From Epithemia pelagica (Eukaryota; Protista; Bacillariophyta): a stretch of DNA of 64,000 nt. Where the stretch lies: contig OX337228.1 in assembly GCA_946965045.2 (NCBI GenBank), forward strand, positions 186,001 to 250,000, given 5' to 3'. Positions 12,309-27,212 of the stretch are shown piece after piece. Under the pieces are notes generated by a model. The model did no database searches and was not told the DNA's origin. It was given only the letters and a program-made list of their open reading frames with translations. The position numbers and the translations under genes were made by a program. Each line of letters begins with the position of its first letter. Position 1 is the stretch's first letter.

Positions 12309-13133
12309 ATGACAAGCGCTCGCGATTGGCTGATTGTATTGTCGGCAGTGACCTCCGTCGTCAAGTCGTTTGTGTCGGTAAACACTTACGAGTACTGGAA
12401 TGTCGTCTTTGCCGTGGGCGAAATGGCCTTGACTGCGGTCGCCTTTGTGATTGTCTTGCTGGATGATGAATTCACCATAGACAATTACGGTCGACAAGAC
12501 TACATGATTTTTCTTGTCATGTTCCTGCAAGGCCTCATGGCAGAATGGATTGATGTGATTGCGACCTTCAACACGGTCCGTCTCTTTAAGGAGCTCCAGG
12601 CCATGCCCGGGAAGGATACCGAGCTGATGAAGAAAGATGCGGGTTGTCAGTATGTAAAAGGTTTGATCTTTGGCCTGCTATTTACCGGATTGCTCCCTCC
12701 CCTTCTGACCTTTTCCAAGGCCGATTGGGATGTGGACTTGTTCGAGCCGGGACCCTTTAGTGATGGTAACAGCGACCGTCTGATAGTGGCCAGTTGGATT
12801 GGCTTTGCGCAATCCTCTTTTGTGGTCATTTTCTACACCTTGTTCCCCACGCTGCTCGGCAAAACAGTAGTGGGAATGTTGCTCAATGCGGCCCTCTATC
12901 CGGCCATGGTCGTCGTGGCGGTTCTCATGTTGATTTCCATTGCTCGTATCAAGAGCACCGCCGAGGCTGGTCATTTCACCTTTTTGTTGTGTATCAACGC
13001 CGTTCAAATGGCGGAAATGTCCGCGGAATATACGCGGCTCAGTGCCCTCCGCGAAGAAGCGGATCGGATGAAACAAATGATGGCGGCGGGAGTGGGTGAT
13101 GAGGGCGATGCACCCAGTTCAGACGAGAAGTAG
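12309..13133 (+). CDS. Multi-pass membrane protein of unknown function (~274 aa)
   Basis: ATG at 12309 in a CAACCATG context; about 6-7 hydrophobic stretches; uninterrupted frame with gene-like codon usage. Confidence 0.7.
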   Translation: MTSARDWLIVLSAVTSVVKSFVSVNTYEYWNVVFAVGEMALTAVAFVIVLLDDEFTIDNYGRQDYMIFLVMFLQGLMAEWIDVIATFNTVRLFKELQAMPGKDTELMKKDAGCQYVKGLIFGLLFTGLLPPLLTFSKADWDVDLFEPGPFSDGNSDRLIVASWIGFAQSSFVVIFYTLFPTLLGKTVVGMLLNAALYPAMVVVAVLMLISIARIKSTAEAGHFTFLLCINAVQMAEMSAEYTRLSALREEADRMKQMMAAGVGDEGDAPSSDEK

Positions 13134-13275
13134 TTCGTTTCTTCGATCATTGGTGAGGCGAGCTGCTCTTGCTACCTAATACCAAGCTAAACGTTATCTC
13201 CTATTCTCATGCCTAATTCCTCATTTACAGCTCCCCAAAACACAATTTTTGTCGTTCTTGCCATTGTATCGGAAT

Positions 13276-14320
13276 CAACCATCCATAAACAAGAAGCAAC
13301 GCTCTTTGCAGTAGAAACCATCGCGCTTGACGACACGAACGGCTGTAACGCAACAAACCCAACGATTGCTTCGCGAGCAGCAGCAACAAGAACAAGAAAC
13401 CTCAAAAGTGGATACCACGGACCTGTTTGAGATTGACCACAACAACGAGACTGCGGAAGATGCCGCGCTAGCATGGTGCGATACCCTCCAGGTCCTGTAT
13501 TCCTTGCAACAGCAATCCTCCACCACCACCAACAGCAGCAGCAATATCAACAACAACGCCCCATTCCCCTCAAAACCAGTGGTCAGTATATCTACGCCGT
13601 CTTGGACTGTCAATTGTATGCCTCGGGCTTGCAAGCGCAAACCATTGTGATTCCACTGGGACCGCCTCGGACCAGCCACGGCAGCAGCAACAACAATTCC
13701 GGCCCCACCGTGTGGCTCACGAAACAAAAGACTATGACCGTGCCGTGCGCGATGCCGTCCAAACTCACGTGGCGGATGCTGTCAAAACCAAATCAACAAC
13801 ACCCCACCAATTGGACGATTCGTGGATCAACGTCGTGGTGGAATGGTTTCTCGACACAGTGTTGATAAAGCACTTTTCTGGAACCAACATTGCGCTCGAC
13901 GACGAATTGAAACAGGCCTGGAAGACACGAACAACAACAACGACATCATCGTCATCACAAGAAGGACCCAATCACGTAGACAAGAGTGTGCCATCTGTGG
14001 ACGATGCGATTCAGTTCTTGGTACATTTGAATCTTCTCTTGCCCTGCAGTTGGAGTCACGAATCCTATCAAGTCTGGTACCCCACCTGGTCGTTGGTGTT
14101 GCAAACGTGGACGCAAACCTCGCAACGACTGGTCACTCTGCTCAAACAATCCTTCTACAAGGAAAAGTCGTTGGTATCGATTCAAAAATCTCTGGGCCAA
14201 CGCAGTCCCATTCCCATCTCGCTCTTGCTGCAATACCTGGAAAAACGAGGCATGGTCAAGACAATCCACAAGCCGTCGGGCCCCTTTGTCCAATTGACGG
14301 CCACCGGAGCAGGACGGTAA
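13276..14320 (+). pseudogene. 5'-truncated, frameshifted duplicate of the STK19-like gene
   Basis: Colinear with 9550-10639 but split over three frames: frameshift near 13555, a 36-nt deletion between TTGCAA repeats near 13630, and a +2 insertion (gaaacaaaagact vs gaaacaagact) near 13726. The first ~35 codons are missing. Confidence 0.8.
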
Positions 14321-15099
14321 CAACAGATACTATTATACACGCACACGCACGCACACACAAGGATGAGACCCAGACCTAGAAACAAGAAAGCGAATGGAAA
14401 CTGTCGCACCCACAGTGGCTGCTCTCGGTGGGTATATATGGATGCGTCGTTGGCGTATTGTTGTTGTTTGTTTGTCATGGCCTTGATGACTCATAATTTC
14501 CATAATGTTTATTTGCCCTGAGATGATGAAACAGACGTGGAGCAACCGTCCTGCGTACGAATAAAAGAATTGGGATTGTAAAGCAGGTTTGTTGATGCGT
14601 TGCGCCCAAGTTCGTTTTGGTGGTATCCCTGTGGGTTCTTCCAGAGTGTCGCTCCGTGTAAGACGTTGGGCGATAGTGGTGAGAACCATTACAGCCATTG
14701 TCCCACGGACGGTCTATATCCATGGAGGGAGCACACATCTATATCTTGGCCAGCCAGGTCCCAAAACCGTCACCTGTCTCAGTTCTGTGGGAAGTATGAA
14801 TGCTTGACAGTTTGATGATGTCAATGGGTTCCGTCAGATTGTCTCTCCATTGGACATTTGGGAGTTAGTGAAGTTCTTCGTTCCAATGGAGGGAACAATG
14901 GTTCCAGAACGGATATAGACGCTTTCGAATTTGGGGGTCTTTCGACGGGTTCAGTACCGTTTTGGGTGACCGTGACGAGAACCCGTACCAGATATCTGGA
15001 AGGAGCCCCAACGAGGTCCCAGTGCCAGTGCGGTGTGTATTGATGCTTGGATTGCGTCAATCGCGTTACTTGTAGAGACTCAGTCGTCTATCACTGTGA
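13276..15099 (+). repeat. Direct segmental duplication of ~9550-11348
   Basis: Similarity continues past the stop codon, e.g. gtgtcgctccgtgtaaga at ~10984 and ~14647, and gtgtattgatgc..ggattgc.tcaatcgcgttac at ~11289 and ~15036. Confidence 0.85.
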
Positions 15100-15339
15100 T
15101 TTTTGGGTGAGGATGAGTCAATCGCGTTCCATGGCATGATTTTTTGTACCCTTTGGTGGTACAGTGGCAAAAGCGCATCCGTTCGCATGGACCATTCGCA
15201 CGTCTGTTGGCCAAGAGCACATACAACCGACACAAATGTGCCTTCTTACAGTATTGATGCTTTGGAATTTCAAAGCCTCAGATTTGAGCCTCTCACAAAA
15301 TTACAATTGATCTCACAAAAAACAAAACGATTGAAAATC

Positions 15340-16014
15340 ATGGCCAAGGTCGACTCTAATACTACTGATACGGAAATGGCTTCCATCACTACCACGGTGA
15401 CCAAAGGGAGAATGGGTGCTGGCGGACGCAAGTCCTTTTGGACCATCAAAATAATCTTGATTGCTTCCATGGCAAGTCTCGTTTCTCTCGGTGTAGCCAG
15501 TGCCTTTTTCTTTTGGGGTCGTCAGGTCGACACGTGTGGTACAGATGATATTGAAATGGACCCACCCGAATCATCTGAATTGAATGCTGATGAGAAGGAA
15601 CATTTGGACTACTGGGTTGAGGAGTTTGTGATGAACAGCACCAACCATGATCATCGCAAGGGTGACCGCATGTTGTTTCGCGACAGCACCCGAAAGAGCT
15701 GTTGGAATTATGGAAATGGCCGATACCTTTGCAAGGACTGGCCCTACACAAGCCGTCAGCGATTCACTACGAAGAGCTGTACGAACCGTTATCATGCCAT
15801 GAACTATGCGCGCTATACATGGGCTCCTCAAAAGGCCCAGGCTCATGAAAACTATGGCGAATCGATTTGGTCCAGGTCCGGATATAAGGGCACGAACTGC
15901 TGGACCAGGACGATCTACACGGGACTGCAAAATGTGCAAGGTCCAAGTTACTACTGTGTCAAGGAGTTCACTGCCACAACCACGACTGAGTTGACCTGTT
16001 GGATCACCTCGTAA
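15340..16014 (+). CDS. Orphan type II membrane protein with Cys/aromatic-rich ectodomain (224 aa)
   Basis: ATG at 15340 (MAKVDSNTTDTEM...), one hydrophobic helix (IILIASMASLVSLGVASAFFFW), then a Cys/Tyr/Trp-rich C-terminus. Two degraded paralogs in the window support a real gene. Confidence 0.7.
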   Translation: MAKVDSNTTDTEMASITTTVTKGRMGAGGRKSFWTIKIILIASMASLVSLGVASAFFFWGRQVDTCGTDDIEMDPPESSELNADEKEHLDYWVEEFVMNSTNHDHRKGDRMLFRDSTRKSCWNYGNGRYLCKDWPYTSRQRFTTKSCTNRYHAMNYARYTWAPQKAQAHENYGESIWSRSGYKGTNCWTRTIYTGLQNVQGPSYYCVKEFTATTTTELTCWITS

Positions 16015-16637
16015 GAATGTTTGGAGGAGGTCCCTTCACGTATTGCAAGCGCGGAGAATGCGTACCAGCAATCTTCTTTTTCCGAGATGCTACGATACGA
16101 ATGGTGGACAAACTCATTGAAAAGGAAACTTGTGTGTTGTGTTGCGTGAAACTTAGGAACGATCGCTACTAACTACCAAAGAAAACCACACTCTCTTCTG
16201 TACAATCTTTATAAAATCTGGAACTTTGGACGAAAATTGCTGGGTTCTACGGAATCGAGGTAAACACGGTTCCATCCGTATTCTGATCACTCTGTTTTGT
16301 GCTGAGGAAAGTTTGGTGTCTCCTATTTACTGTTGTTAATGTTGTTGTTACGAGAGAGTAATCGCACTATTCTGAACAGTGTGAAATACGGAGGACCATA
16401 CACATACCTTCGAGTATGCTAATAATAGGATGATGCTGTGATTGGGAGAGTTGGTCTTGCGCGCGCATCCTTTCGAGAGTCTCGAGGAGTGCGACTTGTC
16501 AGGATGATTCGAATCCAAGGGTTCGAGTCATTCTTGTTGTTGTGGTGGTGGCGGTGGTTGTTGGAACCAAGGGCCCAAGTTTGGGACCGACCCTAATATG
16601 AATTGTCCTGACAATGCTGTTTGGGTACTACCTACCA

Positions 16638-17738
16638 CTACAACAACAACAATAAGCGCGACATGTCAAGGACGACTCCCAGAGTCCAACCCATGGTGGA
16701 TCTCAACAAGGGTGGAAGGGGCCATCGTTGCACTTGCCATCTTCGGTCGTACAAGAGCAAAATTGAAAAGACAATGGTCATTCCCAAGGTACCATGTATC
16801 CGTAAACTACTACGAGTGGTGGTTTTGTGATTGTCGTCGTGGTGTTTGGGAACCAAAAACTGCTGCGGCCCGTCGACCACAATCCATTCCGGACCACCCG
16901 TAGAGGGATACCATGTCAACAAACTGGCCACATAAAAGGCCGCCGCGAGCGTTTGGGGGAGATTCGTGGTGGGGGATGCTCCACAGAGAATCATGGCAAC
17001 AAACAAAAGGTGAGAGTCCAGGGAAGAAGGATTTGGAGCATGGAACGGAGAGTGGTTCTTGTTGTCGAACCACCACCACCAATCCTGCGGATGACTTCGT
17101 CCATCCTGCTGCCGGCGACCATGGGACATACCACAAAGAGGAGCAAGCGTGGAGTGCCAAGAGGAATGTCGATAATTTCCGTGGGATCCAATTGACGAGT
17201 GTGCTAGTAGTAGTAGTAGTAGTAGTAGTAGGAAGAAAAGAATCAGTGTCGTCGTATCATCCGCACAAGTGTGTAGTGTGTAGGAGAAATCCAAAAGAGA
17301 GTAGAGTCGAGAAAATCGTCGTGCGAAAATCATGGTAGTCGTATCCGCAGGAGTGCGCGAAAGTGTGTATGGAAAATCATCACCAACGAGTCGAGATTCG
17401 TCGTGAAAGAATTCCAGTGGAACGAAAGAAAGGAAGAGAGAGAGATAGTCAGATAGCGAAATGAGAACCCGCTCCACAACAACCAGAACAACAACACACG
17501 CAAATCTCCCGAGGATTCTTCTTGTTGTGGTTGTACCTACCATTTCCAAAGCATCTTGGTTCAAGGGATGCAAGACCAGGAGATACAGGCACATCCATAC
17601 GGCAACCAACCCGAGAATACCTCGTCCCATGCGCATTCGGACCGTCGTCGTCGTCACGGGTACTGGTGGGTGACTCTGTGGATTCCGATTTATTGTATGG
17701 ATCGTATTCGTCGTCGTTGTCGGGGTTGTCGTCACCAT
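16638..17738 (-). pseudogene. PIGF: PIG-F/GPI11-like copy 1, with a frameshift in exon 2
   Basis: Exon 1 17738-17541 (...DALEM|GTAGGT); exon 2 from 17203 (HTRQLDPTEIIDIP). A frameshift in a T-run near 17010 switches to the frame encoding AMILCGASP...LLLYDRRWQVQRWPLP. It could be a homopolymer sequencing error. Confidence 0.7.
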
Positions 17739-17866
17739 TGTTGTGTGTGTGTATAGGGGGCGTGGGGTTCTTTTGCCAAACGTTACTTGCGCGTGCGTGC
17801 GTGCGTTGTTTCCTCTCCTTTGGTTCGATTGTTCATTGTCTTGTTTTCCTCTACAGACACTCTCAT

Positions 17867-18602
17867 TCATTTTGGACTTGTTGTGGATTCAGGGGTCCGT
17901 CCTGTTCCAAATGGTATTTTGTTGATTCGAGCCATTATCATCATCATGTTGAGCAAGGCTCCCAGCGTCCAACCGAGGGTGGATCCCAACAAGGTGGGGA
18001 GCGGCCATCGTTGGACTTGCCATCCTCGATCGTACAAGAGCAAAATTTGAAACAAAATCGTCATGCCCAAGGTGGTATGCATCCGAATCCAACTGCTGCG
18101 AGTTCTGAGTTTGGTGAGTTTGTCGGTTGGAGGGGATCGTTGTGGATCATCCACCAGGAGGAAGGGATGCCAATCGGCGGATGATGCACAGGGATCCCAT
18201 GCCAAGAGACTGGCCAGGTAGAGAGCGGCCAAGACGGTTTGACCCAGATTGTGGGTCGGTGAGGCCCCACACAGAATCATGGCAACTGACAAGGTGAGGG
18301 TCACGTAGACCAAGCGTCGTAAGGACTGTATCATGTCTTGGTAGTAGTGATAGTAGTAGCCATTCCTACTATCGTCCAACCGAACCACCAAACCAATATA
18401 CCCAAACAGGACAAGTGCCATGGGAAACACCACCAAGAGGAGCAACCGTGAAGTGGGAAGAGGAATGTCAATAATTTCCGTGGGATCCAATTGACGAGCG
18501 TGCTAGGAGTAGTAGCAGTAGTAGGTGTTGTGGTCGTGGAAGGGTTGAGAGAAGAGAGAGAACGACAAGAAACAAAACAAAACAATTAGCAAGAGAGTCG
18601 TT

Positions 18603-18637
<35 letters not shown>

Positions 18638-18818
18638 GGATGGTACCTACCATTTCCAACGCTTCTTCGTGTAAGGGTTGCAAGACAACGAAATACATCC
18701 AACCCCATACTCCCACCAAGGCAAGGATTCCTGGTCCCATCCAATCCAGTGCAACGGTCGCAGGGTTCCGATGGCCGCTGTTATTGCTGGTGGTCGGTAT
18801 GGTTGTGCTGGTCCCCAT
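17867..18818 (-). CDS. PIGF: PIG-F/GPI11-like GPI-anchor biosynthesis protein, copy 2; exons 18818-18651, 18502-17867
   Basis: ILCGASP and LLLYDRGWQVQRWPLPTLLGSTLGW match the PIG-F pattern (lfGAP; PLDWdrpWQ.WP...G...G). GT/AG sites are at the same positions in all three copies. Confidence 0.75.
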
Positions 18819-19873
18819 ACTTTGCAAAAAAAAGGAAGCAATCACAGCGCGTACGCACAACGTTTGCCCCGTCGGTAGAGAGCGAGGCTAGAATAGACAA
18901 GAAGACACTCCTTCTTTCTGTTGTTGTTTGTTTCGGATTGTGGAACACAGAGAAAACTGGCAGTCCCCGTGTGATGCCGTTGCTCGGCTACCTATTAGGT
19001 TTTTGCTCTTCGTCATTGTACACTTCCTAAGAGCGACCCAGTGGCGTTAAAATCTAGGCGGTCGTGGATAAGTCGCTGTTATCGAAGGAAGGGGTGCCGT
19101 CGTGTATTCCGTGACATTGAAGTAACTCACCCCTCTAGTGCCTCCTCTAGCCGTGTGCCCATTACAGGCCAAAATGGCCCTATGGGAACGTGTTTTCAAC
19201 TAGATAGAACATGGCCAATATTAGACCTACGGCAGCATGTGGATGCCCAAACTTTTTCTTCAAGACATCCTCCATCAACATTGGATACCACATGACACCC
19301 ATATGTGACATATCTAGGTCATATGAGCGCCTCCATTTGGGGGTTGTCGGCATGTGGGCACATGTGGGCACATGGTGGGAACTTAGTGGGGACATTGATT
19401 CGACAGGTCCTATGACAGTCCTATGACCATGATTGGACGTCGTGATGTTAAAGACATTCAATAAATTTGTTTGGCGCCAAAATTTGGGCCATGGTCGACT
19501 TTCGCATCATGTCTCAGGCCAGGTGTCCGTGCCGGCGTTGATTCGGAACCGGAACTCGGAACCCCACGGGGGACAGACAAAATTTTGAAAAAATGGTCAG
19601 TGCCTCAACCTCAACAATCCAACGTCGACACAACAATGGCAATGTATGTTCTTGCTTGGTTTGAACAGTCCCCATCGGGAATGTTGCTTCAGGAGCACAT
19701 GCTGAAGCGCGCTCTTCTGAAAGTTCTTTGTGCTCATGGAATCGAACCTTTTCGTAATGTGGAGCATTACTCAAAGAGTCAATTTCTTGAGCACAAGAAC
19801 AGGTGTGACGACGACGACAACAACGAACTCAACAGCAGCGACGACGAAAAAAGAAGCCAACTTCTAACTACAG

Positions 19874-23794
<3,921 letters not shown>

Positions 23795-23957
23795 AGGATG
23801 CATCGTACGAGCAAGCAATCTGTGGAAATGAGAATACATGATTAGTTAACCAAAATACGTAGTTCTATTATTAGTATCTATGCATCTACGATGTCAATAC
23901 CGTAGCAGTGGACGGGCAGCAGCACCCAATGCAGCGTGGCCGAGTCCTTGTGACCTA

Positions 23958-24121
23958 CAAGTTGCAACTTAGTTGGTACGACAAGTTGCAACTTAGTTGG
24001 TGATTTGCAACTACAAGTTGCAACTTAGTTGGTGCGACAAGTTGCAACTTAGTTGGTGATTCGTAACTTCAGGTTGCAACTTAGTTGGTGATTCGTAACT
24101 ACAGGTTGCAACTTAGTTGGT
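23958..24121. repeat. Minisatellite: 6 copies of CA[AG]GTTGCAACTTAGTTGGT with 4- or 12-nt linkers
   Basis: Copies start at 23958, 23982, 24014, 24038, 24070 and 24102 (periods 24/32/24/32/32). The core AAGTTGCAACTT is a perfect 12-bp palindrome. Confidence 0.95.
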
Positions 24122-24197
24122 GATTCGTACTACATTGCATCTAAAGTTGGATCAATTGATCAAAAAGAAAAATTTACTAAGGTATTATACTCCCGTT

Positions 24198-24896
24198 CTA
24201 TAAGTTTAGTTTCTTCACTGCGATCATGTTGGAATCAAGAAGGTTGTCCTTGTTTTCCATGTGGCCACAAAGTTTCCCGTTGACCAGTTTCAACAGTGTT
24301 GTGGCTCCGACAACACTCATCTTCACAGTGACAACCATAGGTTCCATTGTTATCACTGTGTTAAGTGAGTGGGTTGTCGGGATGGCAATCCTGCTCTTAA
24401 TGACTTTACCACTGTTTGAGCGAAGAATCACACCCTCCAGCTGATTGTTGATGTACTCGAGTGGGATCACCATCTCCGGAACCGAATCGTCCATTTTAGA
24501 ACGATCAAAGAGGCGAATTGAAAATGCGTTTGGGCTCAATTGAGACAAAAAGGTTCGCTGAAGAAGAAGAACACCACGGTCAACAATCAACCGACCATCG
24601 CCTTCATCCTTTTCTCCACCAGCCGACCTGAGATATGCATTCACCCCCGACTCACCAAAGACCGTCACCGTCTCACCCTTGGTGTCGAGCTTCTGCCCAC
24701 CATCACATATAATTGTGAACCCATTTGCAAGTTGCATGGTCTCAAATTTCTTGCTGGTTGTAAGCTGTGCCATTGTTCGGGATGACGGATTTGTTTGAGC
24801 TTTGCAGAAGTGTGAGTGAGGAAGATCTCTGCAACACAGTTGGATTGCCACTTCATTCTTACTTACAATTCTTGCCTGCAATGGGAGAACAAACAA
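24198..24896 (-). CDS. Hypothetical protein inside the transposon (cargo ORF A)
   Basis: 232-aa ORF of normal complexity (possible start MAQLTTSKK), converging on the transposase 3' end; no family recognised. Confidence 0.5.
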   Translation of the reverse strand: MFVLPLQARIVSKNEVAIQLCCRDLPHSHFCKAQTNPSSRTMAQLTTSKKFETMQLANGFTIICDGGQKLDTKGETVTVFGESGVNAYLRSAGGEKDEGDGRLIVDRGVLLLQRTFLSQLSPNAFSIRLFDRSKMDDSVPEMVIPLEYINNQLEGVILRSNSGKVIKSRIAIPTTHSLNTVITMEPMVVTVKMSVVGATTLLKLVNGKLCGHMENKDNLLDSNMIAVKKLNL

Positions 24897-25078
24897 TGTA
24901 TCTATCGAGAAGCACAGTATTGCTGACTATCTATCTGTCGGGACGAGGCACAGTATTGCTGGATCCTATTCTTGTTCTTTGATGGCGGTCGTCTTGAGGT
25001 CGAATTATAGATTTGTGAGCGCACGGACTACTTTTTCGTGCCAAGCGTTCTTGTGGCGCGCCCTATTTACTATTTAAT

Positions 25079-25795
25079 TTGGAGGGCTGGCGTGAATTCG
25101 GAACCTATTGCAACAGACACGACCCGTCAGCCTCATCTTTTTCATGTTTGCAAAGGGAGAAACCAACAACAGCGTCAACAACAACAACGACAAACGACAA
25201 AAGTAACATGTCGACAATCATCAACGGCCGTCGTGTCAGTCTTCGGAACCAACAACGCATCAAAGTGGCCTTGGATGCGGATTCAGCATTGCCACCAAGC
25301 CTTCCCCTCAATCAAGTTCCCAGCTCTGTTTCCAAAGAAAAGTCGTCGCGAAAGATGAGGACAGCAAGCAAGAAAGCATCTACAGCAAAGAATCCCAAGA
25401 TCAAGATGGAAAGGGATGCGGTTGAAGTGAAAGTTGAGGAAGAGCAGAAGGTTCCCATTGTCAAGGAAGAAGCCCATGCCAAGGTTGTGGACAAGAAGAC
25501 GCATGTGTTTGTTCTCTCAGAAAAGAAGGTTGCATCTCCACCTCCTTTTGATACCATGATTGTGCAATTCATGGAGAGTAAGGAACAATACAACAATAAA
25601 AAGTGTTCTCCCGGTACAAATATCCTGGAACTCGAATGCAACAGTTCTGACAAAGACGACACTTTGACCACCAACAGCAACAATCCAATGGGCAAATTTG
25701 GGAACAAGCGCAATTCGTCCATAGGCGTGGACAGCAACCTATCCTTCGAGTTTGCTGAGACCCAGGAACCGTGCATTCACTACAAGTTTGATTAA
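25079..25795 (+). CDS. Lys/Glu-rich hypothetical protein inside the transposon (cargo ORF B)
   Basis: 238-aa ORF (likely ATG at MSTIINGRR) with basic NLS-like runs; it stops just before the right inverted end. Confidence 0.45.
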   Translation: MEGWREFGTYCNRHDPSASSFSCLQREKPTTASTTTTTNDKSNMSTIINGRRVSLRNQQRIKVALDADSALPPSLPLNQVPSSVSKEKSSRKMRTASKKASTAKNPKIKMERDAVEVKVEEEQKVPIVKEEAHAKVVDKKTHVFVLSEKKVASPPPFDTMIVQFMESKEQYNNKKCSPGTNILELECNSSDKDDTLTTNSNNPMGKFGNKRNSSIGVDSNLSFEFAETQEPCIHYKFD

Positions 25796-26224
25796 TCGGA
25801 GATAACTAGTCTAAAAGGAGAGTTTTATATATTGTGCCCACATGTGCCCACTATGTCCCCACAAGTGCCCACCAACTCAACAAGCCTCCGATTGAGGCAC
25901 TCCTATGACTATCATATGTCATAGGTAGTGCAAATGGGGCATCAAATGGTGACAGAGGATGACTTAGAGATTGGGAAGACGCATCAGATCATGGTTGTAG
26001 GGCTAATATTGATCGAGTTCTATCTATTTGAAATATTGTTCCCAACGGTACGTTTTCGTCCGTCATGGGCACACCCGGAGTGGAGGCACTAGTAGCGGGG
26101 GTGTTTTTGAGGTTGTAATTTCGTTGAAACACCCCCATCTCTCTGGTGGAAAAATAACTACCCCCAAGCAGGGGTGAATAGTCGGGTCGCAGATGTGTCG
26201 TGAATTCGAGGTGCAAGTCTTATT

Positions 26225-27167
26225 CACCCCCACGGCGCGAGGGTCCAAAATTGGCGATTTCTCGACTTTGCCACAAACCACAAAAACACACCACACATTC
26301 ACCACGGAGCCAATCTTGAGAGTGTCATAACATCACCCATGAACGTTCAATCCTTCACCCAAGATGACCAACATGTCTCCCTTACCCCACCGGACCATCG
26401 TGAACCTGCGGTTGCCTCCGAAACCCGCCGCAACGAGTCTCTCCATGGTCTGCATACCACCACCAAGAACAACCATACCAACGAGACAGATGACCATCCT
26501 TTCCATCCATCCATGCAAGCTCTCCTTTTGATCCAACCATCCGCAAGTCTCCCTTGCACCTCCACAGACCAAATGAAAGCTTTGCATTCGCTCGAAACCA
26601 TAATCAACCAGACTCGTGCTTGGGGATTGTCTATTTGTTTGCTTATCACCATCTATGTCATAAACTATGGTTGATTGTTGTGTTGTTGTCTTCGTCTTTG
26701 GGGAAGCTAGATGCAACAAACGAGAGGTGATTGCTGTGTGATCTTGGTGCTTCGTATCTTTGAGCTTAATTTGTGTCTTATCATTGTTGTGTGTGGAGAG
26801 CGAAGACCCCAATGTTGTTGTTGCCATGGGATAAAGATAGGCCGATGAAATCAATGAAGGAAGGAGAGAAAGGAAGAGGGGAAACATCGTCGATACCTGA
26901 AAGAAAGGAATAATGGGTGAGAAGAAGGTTGTTTTGGGCGATGCTTCTGTTGCTGCCTACCATGGACCTTGGTAAGCCAATGTCAACCTTTCCGCACCAC
27001 CATCGAGTCATACAGTCCACATGCGCCTTGTTTTGGATGATGGTGGCCTTTGGGCAGTGAAGATGGGCCATGGACGATCGCATCACCTCCAGTGCCGTGG
27101 TGAATGCGCGGAGTGGTTGCGAGGTTTGTGTCAAAGTCGAGAGCGGAAGGGACGCGCCGTGGGGGTG
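26225..27167. mobile_element. Non-autonomous element (943 bp) with inverted ends CACCCCCACGGCGCG...CTCGACTTTG.CACAAACC
   Basis: 26225-26280 and 27121-27167 are inverted homologs: a perfect terminal 15-mer plus an 18/19 internal match. No convincing ORF inside. Confidence 0.75.
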
Positions 27168-27212
27168 AGAAAGAGTTTGCACACCAGAATCGAATCACTA
27201 AACCTCATGACT

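Noticed and set aside
16638-17870. 410-aa single ORF
   Set aside because: Chimera of PIG-F exon 1, read-through intron and post-frameshift exon 2; the paralogs define the real exon structure.
23958-24121. CRISPR-like appearance of the palindromic repeat array
   Set aside because: Linkers are only 4 or 12 nt and resemble each other; no cas genes; eukaryotic context.
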